Origin: Candidatus Thorarchaeota archaeon
Lineage (GTDB): Archaea; Asgardarchaeota; Thorarchaeia; Thorarchaeales; Thorarchaeaceae
Reading direction: 5' to 3'
Length of the DNA stretch: 30,258 nt
Assembly (NCBI GenBank): GCA_029858305.1
Contig: JAOUFI010000024.1
Location: 1 to 30,258 of the forward strand
The notes beneath the pieces were generated by a model. That model made no database searches and was not told the origin of the DNA. It worked only from the letters and a program-made list of their open reading frames with translations. The number at the start of each line of letters is the position of its first letter. Position 1 is the stretch's first letter. Both the position numbers and the translations under genes were made by a program. This document shows positions 11,601 to 19,779 of this stretch, piece after piece.

Positions 11601-11754
11601 TCCTCTAGATGCTTCGACTGTTGAACAGTTTGTCCAAACCTATGAAGAAGCACGTTTCTCGCATCACGAGATGACACGTGAGCGATATGAGGCAGCACTT
11701 CGAGTCTTCACAGACCTCTATCCAAGAATCGACTCTAGTGCACCTATGGAGTAA
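5629..11754 (+). CDS. Giant membrane-anchored surface protein: TgpA-like (pseudo)transglutaminase domain, about 14 Ig-like repeats, TM helix, DUF4129-like C-terminus
   Basis: 2041 aa; N-terminal hydrophobic helix; 'WRQESYDFYNGASW' and 'HFATSYAVFMRYLGIPARIVSGY...WVEVFIP...GEW....PTP' transglutaminase-like core; ~100-aa beta-rich repeats with many N-x-S/T sequons; TM 'LIIAGILLIGAVIAVIAYLYIV'; 'SETARDY...YEEARFS' DUF4129 pattern. Confidence 0.85.
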   Translation: MSAVTPTRKRMGLVTIVGSIFIVASIVWGLYSFALIQYGAVRPYEPHYEYDQINYWPYTNNFTGGRTNWFDNVNYTDFQVDQPLPEDILDQLDDVVFVVVPKNPGQLWRQESYDFYNGASWSKTITDSIRLLGPEELIQPSEATNPIYTIFFSAQAGGQVGSIELPSLFPHIRVIDGSFKTYRIVDGTPEVDDPSRFMYLELATDDYGTLLLNPLIQGTTGEQVPVSFDITFVNQDIANVIANAQQGSAAPGWTSIYRQLPSLTQRVIDNITQFTSVGNNAYEKAMAVKTYFQSTFELNITREALTDYPQGQEVTDWFLERGNGLPQHFATSYAVFMRYLGIPARIVSGYALGEEDLVQDFRTVMVRHMTFWVEVFIPMSGSIDGGEWIQVIPTPLPPGFGGGEDPINTPVPDIQLLVWPSNGLPYAEIGTPFGLSASITVDGIPITTPDTISFRDDTDSQFIGIATIGQPPDLPIANVTYVFPFGATVSYHILSATWVNSYFSVANVTAVFAVGTPLPMSREYGQVEGFVISETQELNVSQGVDTHVAYWEDTVHVYGTMTVNGVPVNSSLYDNKFIQIMWDNTVVGDAFIDEYGYYELNVYVDPMDHTLMKVGTHKVWSWYAGDWDGPIPRLREARSLDNSTITVWGRIEFDFSVNPTTTFAGGTIIYDGAIRFLNGTNLPAGQSIGVFFDTHADTTLLNTTGGFQWSYMIPLAQPDGTYFARANWTNPLNWQYISGNWSISIPVDVGAGGTDLWVNPLPDPLFIGQEVTIWGYLTHVVNASGIGGQLIDIWWSTGVPINLGPVLTAADGYFEVNYTIPAGYEGPVEYWAFFNSTELALADSELLPHLFSNIKRYDVSISILASPDPVRLLQTVRIQGVVTLPENASSPLAFVQIDIWWGNSTGDYLLGTILTNSSGGYVFYYQIPIGHSIEIVSVWANYTSLFPNIADGESLHEPLSIETTTTLITVNEDFNTYHLNETALLYGTLQFSNGTPISFEKVYIHWVNASGTWVFEKFTDINGDYQFQYNFSISMSVGIINVYVNWTSWTPLYADAFDTLVPSIQVVKYDLEITVTAPLQIYLDENLYFDGVLSYAGGYPPLIGELIELSYWNGGWQFLGYLPTNSTGGFNATLSFPTPVEYTYQFRLLYIATDPLNNDITAYFNVDTVKYTIALDITALPNPVMQNETITIHAYLYFQHNGTPLANAVVSIYWNNGTLFFLGNVTTDGTGQADLYYSGMDYDTVRSNIEVYGFYAGTVYRAEIESIHVLVTLSQWSTEVYNVDTDLPSYRLTETVMVTGNLRYVSLSMPYAGVTVELLLSGDLLDSAVTLSDGSFTLYWTIPQDKIPGPYNLVVRFQSLYPWIADSQAAVPQFDIFAPGYIWVSFTVTPAFPTEVYILNNLLISGTVTWDNGSFYSNSVVSLFWGDPLAPLGTWPFMKNVTTDGFGAFTTSFQVPADTSIGIRQVWAYIYPAGYATSGMSTPQTVIVARYTVIITASVDVAVVHLGEQITFYGTAQFSNSTPLDGYEIEIWWDGDLLNTATISAGTYSYIHSVLYSDSLGIKSGSAQFNAPTAAFVDITQNFADITVREYVNLYLDAQPIDDEFTRGDTITVTGYVINDGDDPADGVTIEVLANGIPTGSGTTGAGGTFSINIPIPYDHPTGIYTLTIDSIGPYHDVVSSPSSWTVSIFRNSVVDVMVTGGAFMPGENLEITIQLQDDDGVSINNVLIHLFLGTTEIAAPSLINGDGQTFPIVIPTSWTDGSGIFVVRAEYDGGSFTNGHSSNAADSIHLFTNVSFNLRSASRIDPGQPFVIEFELLDPEGYAIENRSVDLNLNGSQIINRNTGLDGRISYRSSALADGTILYIILTLTSVDAPDIVSVQFTIRIQTQGGNILQGNDLIIAGILLIGAVIAVIAYLYIVKGMFRSTVISRGVDIPTKLRNIKKLADAGKYGASITLAYRTFEQMCGTKMGSERTHSETARDYLDRVLHAIPLDASTVEQFVQTYEEARFSHHEMTRERYEAALRVFTDLYPRIDSSAPME
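6862..11295 (+). repeat. Protein-level tandem array of about 14 Ig-like/beta-sandwich repeats (~100 aa each)
   Basis: Recurrent pattern '...TI.G.L...NG.P.....I.I.W......G...T...G.F...Y.IP....G...V.A.Y', e.g. 'IDIWW...TAADGYF', 'IDIWW...TNSSGGY', 'YIHW...TDINGDY', 'SIYW...TDGTGQA', 'SLFW...TDGFGAF'; no evident nucleotide-level identity; count is approximate. Confidence 0.75.
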
Positions 11755-11767
11755 ATAGCAAGGAGAA

Positions 11768-13180
11768 ATGCCGATGGGCTGGAAAGAGATTCTTCAAGTT
11801 TGCCTTTTCCTATTTACATGGGTTCCAGTGACAATACTGGCAGGGTACACCCTCATAGGTTTACAACCTGTCTATTCCCATGATTTTTCTATATACAATG
11901 AGGATTGGAATGGTCTCAGCCAGTACAGAGGCGTTATTAACGACACAGGAAGATCTGTATATGCAATTCAGGCCTCAATGAGTGTAGTTACAAGGGAAAA
12001 TGGGTCTGCTGTACTTGTTATCATGGGCCCCGTCAGAGACTTTACTCTTGACGTGACTCTGGTCATCTATAGTCACTTACTTGCAGGCGGTGGTGTCCTG
12101 ATAGCAGATGACTTTGGTTCTGCGAACAGCTCACTGGCAATCCTGAACTACTTGATGGGGCAAATTCTTCCTGGGAGTCTTCCGGTTAATGTATCCGGTT
12201 TTCTCTCCTTTACTGGAGGAGTTCTTCTTGACCTTGACTCCTATGACCCTGCAAAAGAGCCAAGACTTCCAATAATCCGAGACTTCCACAGTATTGTTGG
12301 TGCAGATCAGGGAGCTCTAACATTAGGAGTGAATGAGCTACATCTCAATTGGGCTTCCGCAATCAATCCCTATTCTCTACTCGGATTGGCTGGAATTGCT
12401 TGGAGCACACCACGATCTTGGTGCGAAACCAATATCACTGATCCGAGTCCAGACCCTGATCCCTACGAGTGGAACGGTAGTCTCCCTGTCGCTGGCGCAA
12501 TAGATCTCTCTACTGAGGCTAATCCACATGGTGGCCGGTTAGTTGCAGTAAGCGATCCAAGTCTTTTCAACAATGACATGTTTGGTAGATTTCTAGATAA
12601 CCAGAGATTTGCTATGAATATTATCGAGTGGTTATCGCACTCTGATACTTCACAGCCTGTTTTGTTCTGTGAGGAACTTCTTGCTGTTCCTTGGAACAGT
12701 GCAGAATTCTTCTTTGGTCTCTACCTTGGACGCGCACTCTGGTTATCATCATTACCAATCCTTTCTGCACTGTACCCCCTCCTGACAGCTATTGGTATCA
12801 AGAAGTATCTACCTGAGCTGAAAAAACCCGAAGTGAAGAGTGTTTCAGATGTCTTTCTAAGAAGAGGACAGACATACTTCAGCGAACGCATGACCTACTA
12901 TAGAACTGAGGGTAATTATGCAAGGGTTGTAAAAATGCTATATCGCAAGCTAAAACGGGGACTGAAAAAACAACAACAAATGATTGAATACAACTCAAAA
13001 GATCTTTGGGAACTGATGCGCTATAAAGATCCCAAATTAAGGGAAGGGGAGTTCCTTGCCACTTTAACACGGATTGAAGAGATAGCGGCTAATCCAAATA
13101 TGAAGATAAAGGAGAGCGAGATGATGGAGTTCTTCTTCTTTATGCGTAATATACAATCATTACTGATAGACACCAGATGA
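11768..13180 (+). CDS. DUF4350-type membrane-anchored protein (GldG/glutamine-amidotransferase-like extracellular domain)
   Basis: 470 aa; N-terminal TM, 'FSIYNEDWNGLS', 'GGGVLIADDFG', 'GRLVAVSDPSLFNNDM...DNQRF', second TM and basic cytoplasmic tail; AGGAG RBS; canonical position upstream of moxR. Confidence 0.8.
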   Translation: MPMGWKEILQVCLFLFTWVPVTILAGYTLIGLQPVYSHDFSIYNEDWNGLSQYRGVINDTGRSVYAIQASMSVVTRENGSAVLVIMGPVRDFTLDVTLVIYSHLLAGGGVLIADDFGSANSSLAILNYLMGQILPGSLPVNVSGFLSFTGGVLLDLDSYDPAKEPRLPIIRDFHSIVGADQGALTLGVNELHLNWASAINPYSLLGLAGIAWSTPRSWCETNITDPSPDPDPYEWNGSLPVAGAIDLSTEANPHGGRLVAVSDPSLFNNDMFGRFLDNQRFAMNIIEWLSHSDTSQPVLFCEELLAVPWNSAEFFFGLYLGRALWLSSLPILSALYPLLTAIGIKKYLPELKKPEVKSVSDVFLRRGQTYFSERMTYYRTEGNYARVVKMLYRKLKRGLKKQQQMIEYNSKDLWELMRYKDPKLREGEFLATLTRIEEIAANPNMKIKESEMMEFFFFMRNIQSLLIDTR

Positions 13181-13196
13181 ATATGAGGTAAAGAAA

Positions 13197-14186
13197 TTGA
13201 CAACAGATGAACCGAATGAGATCCCGGTGGTTGAAACAACCGCGACGATGAGTATCGACGAGGTTCGCAATATCACCTCGGAGATTATACATGAGTGTAA
13301 TCGAATCATAGTCGGCAAAGATGAGATTCTTTCGAATGTTCTCATCGCTATGCTGGCAAATGGACATGTAATACTTGAAGGGGTTCCAGGGCTGGCAAAG
13401 ACCTACATGGCTAGGACTTTTGCTTCTATTCTGGGTTGTGCCTTTAAGAGAATACAATTAACCGTTGACACGCTGCCTGCAGATCTACTTGGCAGCAACG
13501 TGTTCAACCAACGAACTGGAGAGTTCTGGTTCCGCAAGGGCCCTGTGTTTTCAAACTTGGTGCTAGCTGATGAGATTAATCGGTGCCCGCCAAAGTCGCA
13601 GAGCGCATTGCTTGAGGTAATGGAGGAGCGGCAGGTTTCAATAGAAGGTGTGACACGAAAATTACCAAGGCCTTTCTTGATTACAGCCACTCAAAATCCT
13701 GTAGAACAAGAAGGTACATACCCATTGCCTGAGGCGCAACTTGACAGGTTTATGTTTCGTTTGATTCTCGACTATCCAACAGATGATGAGGAAGCTGAAG
13801 TAATCCGACGAAAGCATCTTGGAGAAGCAACAGAACTTCGAGTTCTCGCTGATCCTTCAACAATGGTGCGCATGCAGAACACTTGCCAAACAGTCTTCCT
13901 CGAAGAAGATGTGATTAGCTACATCAGAGACATTGTTGTAAGAACCCGGAATGATCCACAGATTCTGCTAGGAGGATCGCCCAGAGCGTCACTTGTCCTG
14001 ATGAATGCCTCTAAGGCACGAGCCGCTATGCTTGGTCGTGACTATGTAATCCCTGAAGACATAAGAAAACTCTCAGTTCAGACTTTGAATCACCGGCTAG
14101 TTCTCAAACCAGAGGCTGAGCTTGAAGGACTATCCGTAGAACGTGTTGTGACAAAGATACTCGGAGAGGTAGACTGTCCTCGATAA
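13197..14186 (+). CDS. moxR: MoxR-family AAA+ ATPase (MoxR-proper type)
   Basis: Walker A 'GVPGLAKT', Walker B 'LADEINR', 'ATQNPVEQEGTYPLPEAQLDRF', 'GGSPRAS'; TTG start after GAGGT. Confidence 0.95.
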   Translation: MTTDEPNEIPVVETTATMSIDEVRNITSEIIHECNRIIVGKDEILSNVLIAMLANGHVILEGVPGLAKTYMARTFASILGCAFKRIQLTVDTLPADLLGSNVFNQRTGEFWFRKGPVFSNLVLADEINRCPPKSQSALLEVMEERQVSIEGVTRKLPRPFLITATQNPVEQEGTYPLPEAQLDRFMFRLILDYPTDDEEAEVIRRKHLGEATELRVLADPSTMVRMQNTCQTVFLEEDVISYIRDIVVRTRNDPQILLGGSPRASLVLMNASKARAAMLGRDYVIPEDIRKLSVQTLNHRLVLKPEAELEGLSVERVVTKILGEVDCPR

Positions 14187-14204
14187 AAACGGAGAAGATT
14201 AGCT

Positions 14205-15527
14205 GTGATTACCCAGAGGGGCTTTGTTGTAACATTTGCAGGGGTTCTCCTTCTAACAAGTGGATTTTCCTTTGTCAATTTCTACTTCATCCTCTTGGGT
14301 GTCTATCTCCTCATCGGGTTAGTTGTAACCTTGCCTCTCTTTGCTCTCACAGCTAATATTGCCGGCATCGAAGTAGATCGCCAGATTGATAAAGTAAAGG
14401 TGTTCTCGGGCGATTTTCTACGTATCCGCGTCACTATTCGTAATATATCACGGCGACATTTCGATTTTATAGAAGTACATGATCAATATCCTGAGACCTG
14501 GATTCTCGCAATAGGAGAGAACTTCATCGCATCGCGTATTGAACCAGGCAGTAGTATCATATTCTCATATATTCTGCAAGCACGAATGCGTGGTCGTTAC
14601 TTCATAGGTCCTACAGAAGTAATCATGCGGGACAGACTTGGATTTCACTACTACAAACGAACCCTTAAGGCACACACAGAGGTTCTTGTCTATCCAACCT
14701 GGAAAGACGTACGCCGAATGGAAGCTCTTGGGAAACAGCGTCAGCTTGGACTCATGTTTGGAGCACATAGAACAAAGACAGTCGGTATGGGATCAGACTT
14801 TGTTGGGTTTAGGGAATATGTGCCTGGCGACGAATTTAGACTAATTGATTGGAAAACTAGTGCAAAACGTGGTGACATGGTTATCAAACAGTTCGAAATG
14901 GAAAAGAATATCCAAGTCATCTGTATGGTGGACACTAGCGGGAGCATGGGGAATGGGTACCCGGAGAATACGAAACTTGAGTATGCCATCAGAGCTGCAG
15001 TACTTTTGACACATATAGGGCTTGAGCGAAAGGATCTCATTGGCACTTGTGTATTCAGTGATATTGTACACAGCTACGTCCCTCCGGGGACTCGTCCAAA
15101 TCACATGTATGATGTATTAGAGGCATTAGCCGGGGCCGAGCCCAGAGGTTGGAGCGATTATGAAACTGCAATATCCTATGTTGTACAGCAGACAAAGAAA
15201 CGCTCGTTTTTCATATGGTTGACAGATCTTGAAGAGAGTCCTGCACCTTTACTGAATGCAATGAAAGCATTAGTGGCGAATGGACACAAGGCGATGGTCA
15301 TTAGCCCATTTGGACCTTGGTTTGAAGCGCCAGTTGGGCAGTTTGGGCCTGTGGAGAAAGTACTCTCTGAAGCTGTCTCTGAAGAATTATGGGAACGAAG
15401 AAATAAGATTGCACAAGCACTTGCACGATTTTCGATTCCAGTTGTCAATGTTGGTCCTGAAGACTTCCTACCAACTATCATCAAGACTTATGAGCAGGCA
15501 AAGCAAAAGGGGGTGGCAATGTTTTGA
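14205..15527 (+). CDS. DUF58 / von Willebrand factor A-domain membrane protein
   Basis: Two N-terminal TMs, Ig-like segment, 'GSDFVGFREYVPGDEFRLIDWKTSAK' DUF58 signature, MIDAS-like 'DTSGS'; directly follows moxR. Confidence 0.92.
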   Translation: MITQRGFVVTFAGVLLLTSGFSFVNFYFILLGVYLLIGLVVTLPLFALTANIAGIEVDRQIDKVKVFSGDFLRIRVTIRNISRRHFDFIEVHDQYPETWILAIGENFIASRIEPGSSIIFSYILQARMRGRYFIGPTEVIMRDRLGFHYYKRTLKAHTEVLVYPTWKDVRRMEALGKQRQLGLMFGAHRTKTVGMGSDFVGFREYVPGDEFRLIDWKTSAKRGDMVIKQFEMEKNIQVICMVDTSGSMGNGYPENTKLEYAIRAAVLLTHIGLERKDLIGTCVFSDIVHSYVPPGTRPNHMYDVLEALAGAEPRGWSDYETAISYVVQQTKKRSFFIWLTDLEESPAPLLNAMKALVANGHKAMVISPFGPWFEAPVGQFGPVEKVLSEAVSEELWERRNKIAQALARFSIPVVNVGPEDFLPTIIKTYEQAKQKGVAMF

Positions 15528-16909
15528 GAGTTGTTACGTGGATTCTCAGGATTGCCTCCATGGCGACCTTTGCAGGGATGGCCTATTTCGTATATAGTCT
15601 GTTAGATTCTAATGACATCTGGCACTGGGCTGCACCTTATGATTTTGTAGTAACAGTATTCCGTCTTCTGTCCTTACTTCTCTTCTTTATGACTAGTACA
15701 ATGATTAATGGGCTTGCAGCTGCATTCTCAGGTAGTGTTCCCAATGATGTAATCGTGGGTCTCTACAATACTCTTGTTCTTCGGTCATGGTATATGCAAC
15801 CCTATGGAGTATCAGATCCCATGACTAATCTTGCTGATGTTTGGTCCTCCTTCCAATCAAATCTTGCAAGTGTACTCACAGCTCTCTGGGACAATACGTT
15901 CCTTTTCCTGTATTTTCTATTTGCTGGAATTGGTATTGCGCTATTTTTGCAATCACTGGTTCGAATGGACCACAAGTTTGTTGGAGGTGCTTTCCTCTCA
16001 ATTCAATCAATCTTGATTCTTGCAGCTTACAAACTACTTGTTGTACCTAATCTTGACCCGTTTCCTTCTGATTTTCTCGTCTTTCTGTCAAACAATGTTC
16101 AAATTCTAGCTTTGATTTCTTTTGCCTATCTTGAGGTAAGCTATCAGATGATTTATAGCTACTCGGTAGGAAAACCTATTGAAGATAGAGAAGAAACCCT
16201 CAAGAAACAGCTTTTGGCACTCAGACAAGCGACCAGAAAACAGGATGCTATTGAGCGAGGTGAGAAGGTGAGCACAACAGGGATGAGTCGCACCTCGGGA
16301 GCAACTGCTTTCTCATTCCTTAGAGAAGCAATCGAACGGAAGATTGTCGGAACACAAGACGCACTAGAGAATCTTGATGCAATTTCAGATGTTCGTCGCC
16401 TCCAGATATTTGTCGATGAACTTTTACAGACTGACTCAAAAGCGAAGGACGAGCTTACAGCAAAAGCTGCTTCGCCATCATCTGTATATGTGATAGGTTC
16501 TACAATCACGGGGTCGGCAATCAGATTCTTGAGTGTTATCGCAATTGCCTTCATTTTCCTTAATCCAAATGTACTCATTCTCCTGCTGTCCTTGCCACCA
16601 GGAATTAGATACAGTATTGAGCTTCTCCAGCCGGAGATAATTCTTCTCCTTCTTGTTCCTATACTTCTTGCTTTTCCATTTGCATCAATGGTCATCACCT
16701 GGTTCTCAAGAAGAGAAATCGTCGAAACCGAGAAACTGACTAAAGAAGAAAAAGAGGCGGAAAGGCAAAGAAAGAGAGAGTTTGCGCGACGCCGAAAGGA
16801 AGCTGCAAAAGCTCGTAAAGCACGAGCAAAAGCACGGAAGAGACGTAAAGGACTTGAAACTGAGGTTGATGAGTGGGATAAAGCTCTAGAAGAAACTTAT
16901 CGACGGTAG
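15524..16909 (+). CDS. Uncharacterised multi-pass membrane protein with cytoplasmic helical insert and basic C-terminal tail
   Basis: 461 aa; about 7-8 hydrophobic segments; TTG start overlaps the DUF58 stop by 4 nt (translational coupling); no family recognised. Confidence 0.75.
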   Translation: MRVVTWILRIASMATFAGMAYFVYSLLDSNDIWHWAAPYDFVVTVFRLLSLLLFFMTSTMINGLAAAFSGSVPNDVIVGLYNTLVLRSWYMQPYGVSDPMTNLADVWSSFQSNLASVLTALWDNTFLFLYFLFAGIGIALFLQSLVRMDHKFVGGAFLSIQSILILAAYKLLVVPNLDPFPSDFLVFLSNNVQILALISFAYLEVSYQMIYSYSVGKPIEDREETLKKQLLALRQATRKQDAIERGEKVSTTGMSRTSGATAFSFLREAIERKIVGTQDALENLDAISDVRRLQIFVDELLQTDSKAKDELTAKAASPSSVYVIGSTITGSAIRFLSVIAIAFIFLNPNVLILLLSLPPGIRYSIELLQPEIILLLLVPILLAFPFASMVITWFSRREIVETEKLTKEEKEAERQRKREFARRRKEAAKARKARAKARKRRKGLETEVDEWDKALEETYRR

Positions 16910-16927
16910 AACCTTTATGAGAAATGT

Positions 16928-19294
16928 CTACAATGTTGAAAGAATGGTTGTTATTGCAGTTCCAAGAACCCAGACAACTGTGACAACAGCTTCTCCAGCT
17001 ACAATACCACTGAGGATTCTGCTTATTCTGTTATAATTTGCATCTTGAAGCTCAATCTGCTGTTGTATTGGATCTGCCTTTGAGATCGGCTCTTGTGGGA
17101 TTTGTTTTTTCTTGACTAGGTAATTGATGTACCCACCAATAAGAATAGCCACAGCTGTTGCTGGTGGGATTAGTACGCCAACAACAAGGCTCATCGGACT
17201 AAGACCACGTCTGTTGAGTTCACGTCCGACGAGAAATCCTCCAATTGCAAAGGAAATCAAATAGGCGAATACAAGAACAGGGTGAACATTTTCGAACTGG
17301 TTCATTCCCGGGAGTTGAAAGTTACCAATTCCTTGGAGACTGACTACAAGAAATCCAAAAAGCTGTGCTGCAGGGCTTGGAAGATCTGTCCCTCCAAAAC
17401 CATTGTATGTATCAAATAATGTAAAGGTAATAAACGAGCCTATTGTGGTACCAAGCATTGCTCCTATAAAGACAGCCTTCAAGATGTCTCTTCCTCTAAC
17501 TTTAGTTAGCTCTCCAAGTTTGAGATGAACGAGTAATGCAATTGCAGCATCTTGAAGTGCTCCGAGCATTGATATGAACGTTGTAATAACCGCGAATGAA
17601 ACTTTGAACAAAAGAATCGCTGGAATTGCCACAATATCTGTGATGTATCCTGCTAGCATACCAGTTTCGCAAATCGCTCGGGCCGTGAAATAAACTGAAA
17701 TTAATGCAATTGGTGTTCCAATTAGAAAGAGAAGCCAATGAATCTGAATTCCTGGAAAAGGTTCGATGATCCAGAACACGATAATGCCTACGACTATGAA
17801 GAGACCCAATGATACGAACGCAATCCATGGAGGGAGTTGACCCTTTCTTGATTTTAGATATGCTCGCGGGTCTGCAACAATCTCACGAACCTCTTCTTTG
17901 AACATCTCAATTGAAAGCAATTCCTCTTTGACTCTCTTTATGCGTGGGAGGGAGTCGCTCTTAGGGGGAGTTTCTGCTATTAGTTCCTTGTCACTCTTTT
18001 CAGCCGCGGGAACTGCTTTTTCTTCGAAGTCTTTTGAGGGGATTTCCTCGTCACACTTCTTCTTTCGGCCGCCTAAGAAGTCGCCAGCTATTACTGTCAC
18101 AAAGACTCCGAGGGCTATGTAGATAATCTCAGCCCTCTTGATATGTTCCTCATACATGATTGAAGGATTAGCTCCCTCCAAGAGTAACCAAATTAGAAAT
18201 GAAGCTAGACTTCCTATGCCGATGATTATTGTTCTCTTCCAGCCTACAAAGAAACCAATTCCTGCCATCATTGGGGAATTACTAATACCAATCCATCCTG
18301 GTACGGCTGAAGCTGCTGGAATTACATCTCCCAATGCATGAGGAAATGCGCTCAGATCCGCCCCAGTTATGCTTTGTGTAGCCTTGACTGTGCCTACCCA
18401 CGCTGCGGACGTTGTAATTCCAATTCCAACAGTCTTTTTCGCTTCAGCATCACCACCAATGGAATTTATTGTATAGGCTTGAGGTTGAACTTGCGGCCAA
18501 GGCTCATCCTTGAAACGATCTCTAAAAGGAGCTAACAGAATAATGCCAAAGATTGCACTTAGTCCTGTGACAAGAACGATGAAGCTCAGGGTGATTGTGG
18601 AATTATAATCAACATGTGTTATATTGAACAGCGGATTTCCAGGATCAAAGATCGCGATTGCTGGGAAAGTTATCAGAACTCCAATTGAGACCATAGCTGA
18701 TGAATTGGCTATTGCTACAACTATGGTGTTTTCTTGTGGTGTATACCTCCCTCCAATGCTTAGCAAGATAGCACCCAACATTTCGGCTCCAACGAGGAAT
18801 ACAACACCGAGCTTCAGGGCTAGCCAGATGCCAAGAAAAGTCATAATTACTCCGACAAGTATTCCTGTTCCAATAGCACGCTTTGTCAAGGGATATTTAG
18901 GTTCAGCAAGAACTGCACCATATATGAGCAATCCCGCGGTTGCCATTATGACTGTGTGATGGAATGGTACATACACAGACATAAACCAGCTAGTTAACAA
19001 ATAGACCAGAGCGATGAGTGACAGTACTACGAGTTCTGTCTTGGTGGGGGGTTGTTTGAAGATTGAAAGGTAAAGTAACGCACATTCTATGATGAGTGCA
19101 ATTATTACATTTGGATTAGCCCAACCACCCCCTCCCAATATATCGAATAAGAGGTAGAAAATTCCTGCGATGAAGAGACCTGCCAGTAAAGCCCTCGTTG
19201 AGTCGGGGACGATTCTACGCAATCGTCTGCGAAACGAGTATGTCATCTTCATCATCAAGAGTTTCTCCGGGTCGGAACGCATGATCAATTTCAA
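16928..19294 (-). CDS. OPT/YSL-family oligopeptide transporter-like protein
   Basis: 788 aa, highly hydrophobic; 'LALKLG', 'TPQENTIV', 'GFFVGW', 'ARAICETG', 'LPSPAAQLF', 'SGIVAGEA' resemble OPT-family motifs; true start may be one of the downstream Mets (MMKMTYSF). Confidence 0.75.
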   Translation of the reverse strand: MKLIMRSDPEKLLMMKMTYSFRRRLRRIVPDSTRALLAGLFIAGIFYLLFDILGGGGWANPNVIIALIIECALLYLSIFKQPPTKTELVVLSLIALVYLLTSWFMSVYVPFHHTVIMATAGLLIYGAVLAEPKYPLTKRAIGTGILVGVIMTFLGIWLALKLGVVFLVGAEMLGAILLSIGGRYTPQENTIVVAIANSSAMVSIGVLITFPAIAIFDPGNPLFNITHVDYNSTITLSFIVLVTGLSAIFGIILLAPFRDRFKDEPWPQVQPQAYTINSIGGDAEAKKTVGIGITTSAAWVGTVKATQSITGADLSAFPHALGDVIPAASAVPGWIGISNSPMMAGIGFFVGWKRTIIIGIGSLASFLIWLLLEGANPSIMYEEHIKRAEIIYIALGVFVTVIAGDFLGGRKKKCDEEIPSKDFEEKAVPAAEKSDKELIAETPPKSDSLPRIKRVKEELLSIEMFKEEVREIVADPRAYLKSRKGQLPPWIAFVSLGLFIVVGIIVFWIIEPFPGIQIHWLLFLIGTPIALISVYFTARAICETGMLAGYITDIVAIPAILLFKVSFAVITTFISMLGALQDAAIALLVHLKLGELTKVRGRDILKAVFIGAMLGTTIGSFITFTLFDTYNGFGGTDLPSPAAQLFGFLVVSLQGIGNFQLPGMNQFENVHPVLVFAYLISFAIGGFLVGRELNRRGLSPMSLVVGVLIPPATAVAILIGGYINYLVKKKQIPQEPISKADPIQQQIELQDANYNRISRILSGIVAGEAVVTVVWVLGTAITTILSTL

Positions 19295-19346
19295 ATCAGA
19301 CGTTCAAGGGCTTCTACCGTTAATACAAAGTCCTCTATTTATAGTT

Positions 19347-19649
19347 CTATATCATGACTGAGAGTTTCTCAAGGATAATCTCCTTGGTGATACCCCTTAC
19401 AAGCAGAATCTTCTCTCGGTTCTTATGACCTGATACCAATGTAATTGCACTGGTTGTGATGTCAAGTTCTCTGGCCATCTTCTTGATGAGTTCGGTGTTC
19501 GCCTTCCCTTCACGAGCGGGTCCTGTTAGATTCAAGTGTATAAACTCGGGAGTTCTCTCTGATATGAACTCCTTCGATTTTGAGTTTGGTTTCACAATTA
19601 CTCTTATGAAAACCCCTCTCTCGCTCTCCCAAACAGATTTTGTGCTCAT
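19347..19649 (-). CDS. DUF167 (UPF0235/YggU) family protein
   Basis: 'IRVIVKPNSK', 'GPAREGKANTELIK', 'LVSGHKNREK'; start trimmed to ATG 19649 (19661 is an alternative). Confidence 0.9.
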   Translation of the reverse strand: MSTKSVWESERGVFIRVIVKPNSKSKEFISERTPEFIHLNLTGPAREGKANTELIKKMARELDITTSAITLVSGHKNREKILLVRGITKEIILEKLSVMI

Positions 19650-19779
19650 GGCTATAGCCATATCACTTGTTTCCATAATAGTGTTATCAGATTGTCCAAG
19701 GGAGCTATCAAGGATTTGTTTATTTGCGAAAGTTTCGGGGAACATCATAAGACCGTATGTTCAACGGGGTGAATTCATA

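Noticed and set aside
16159-16698. 179-aa antisense ORF (and the many other 60-125 aa nested ORFs in the track)
   Set aside because: Fully nested in well-supported genes, with Ser/Ile-rich composition typical of shadow frames
19456-19779. N-terminal 108 codons of the 234-aa ORF-track frame
   Set aside because: Antisense to DUF167 and its promoter; the GGGGTGA RBS and the profilin homology both point to ATG 19780
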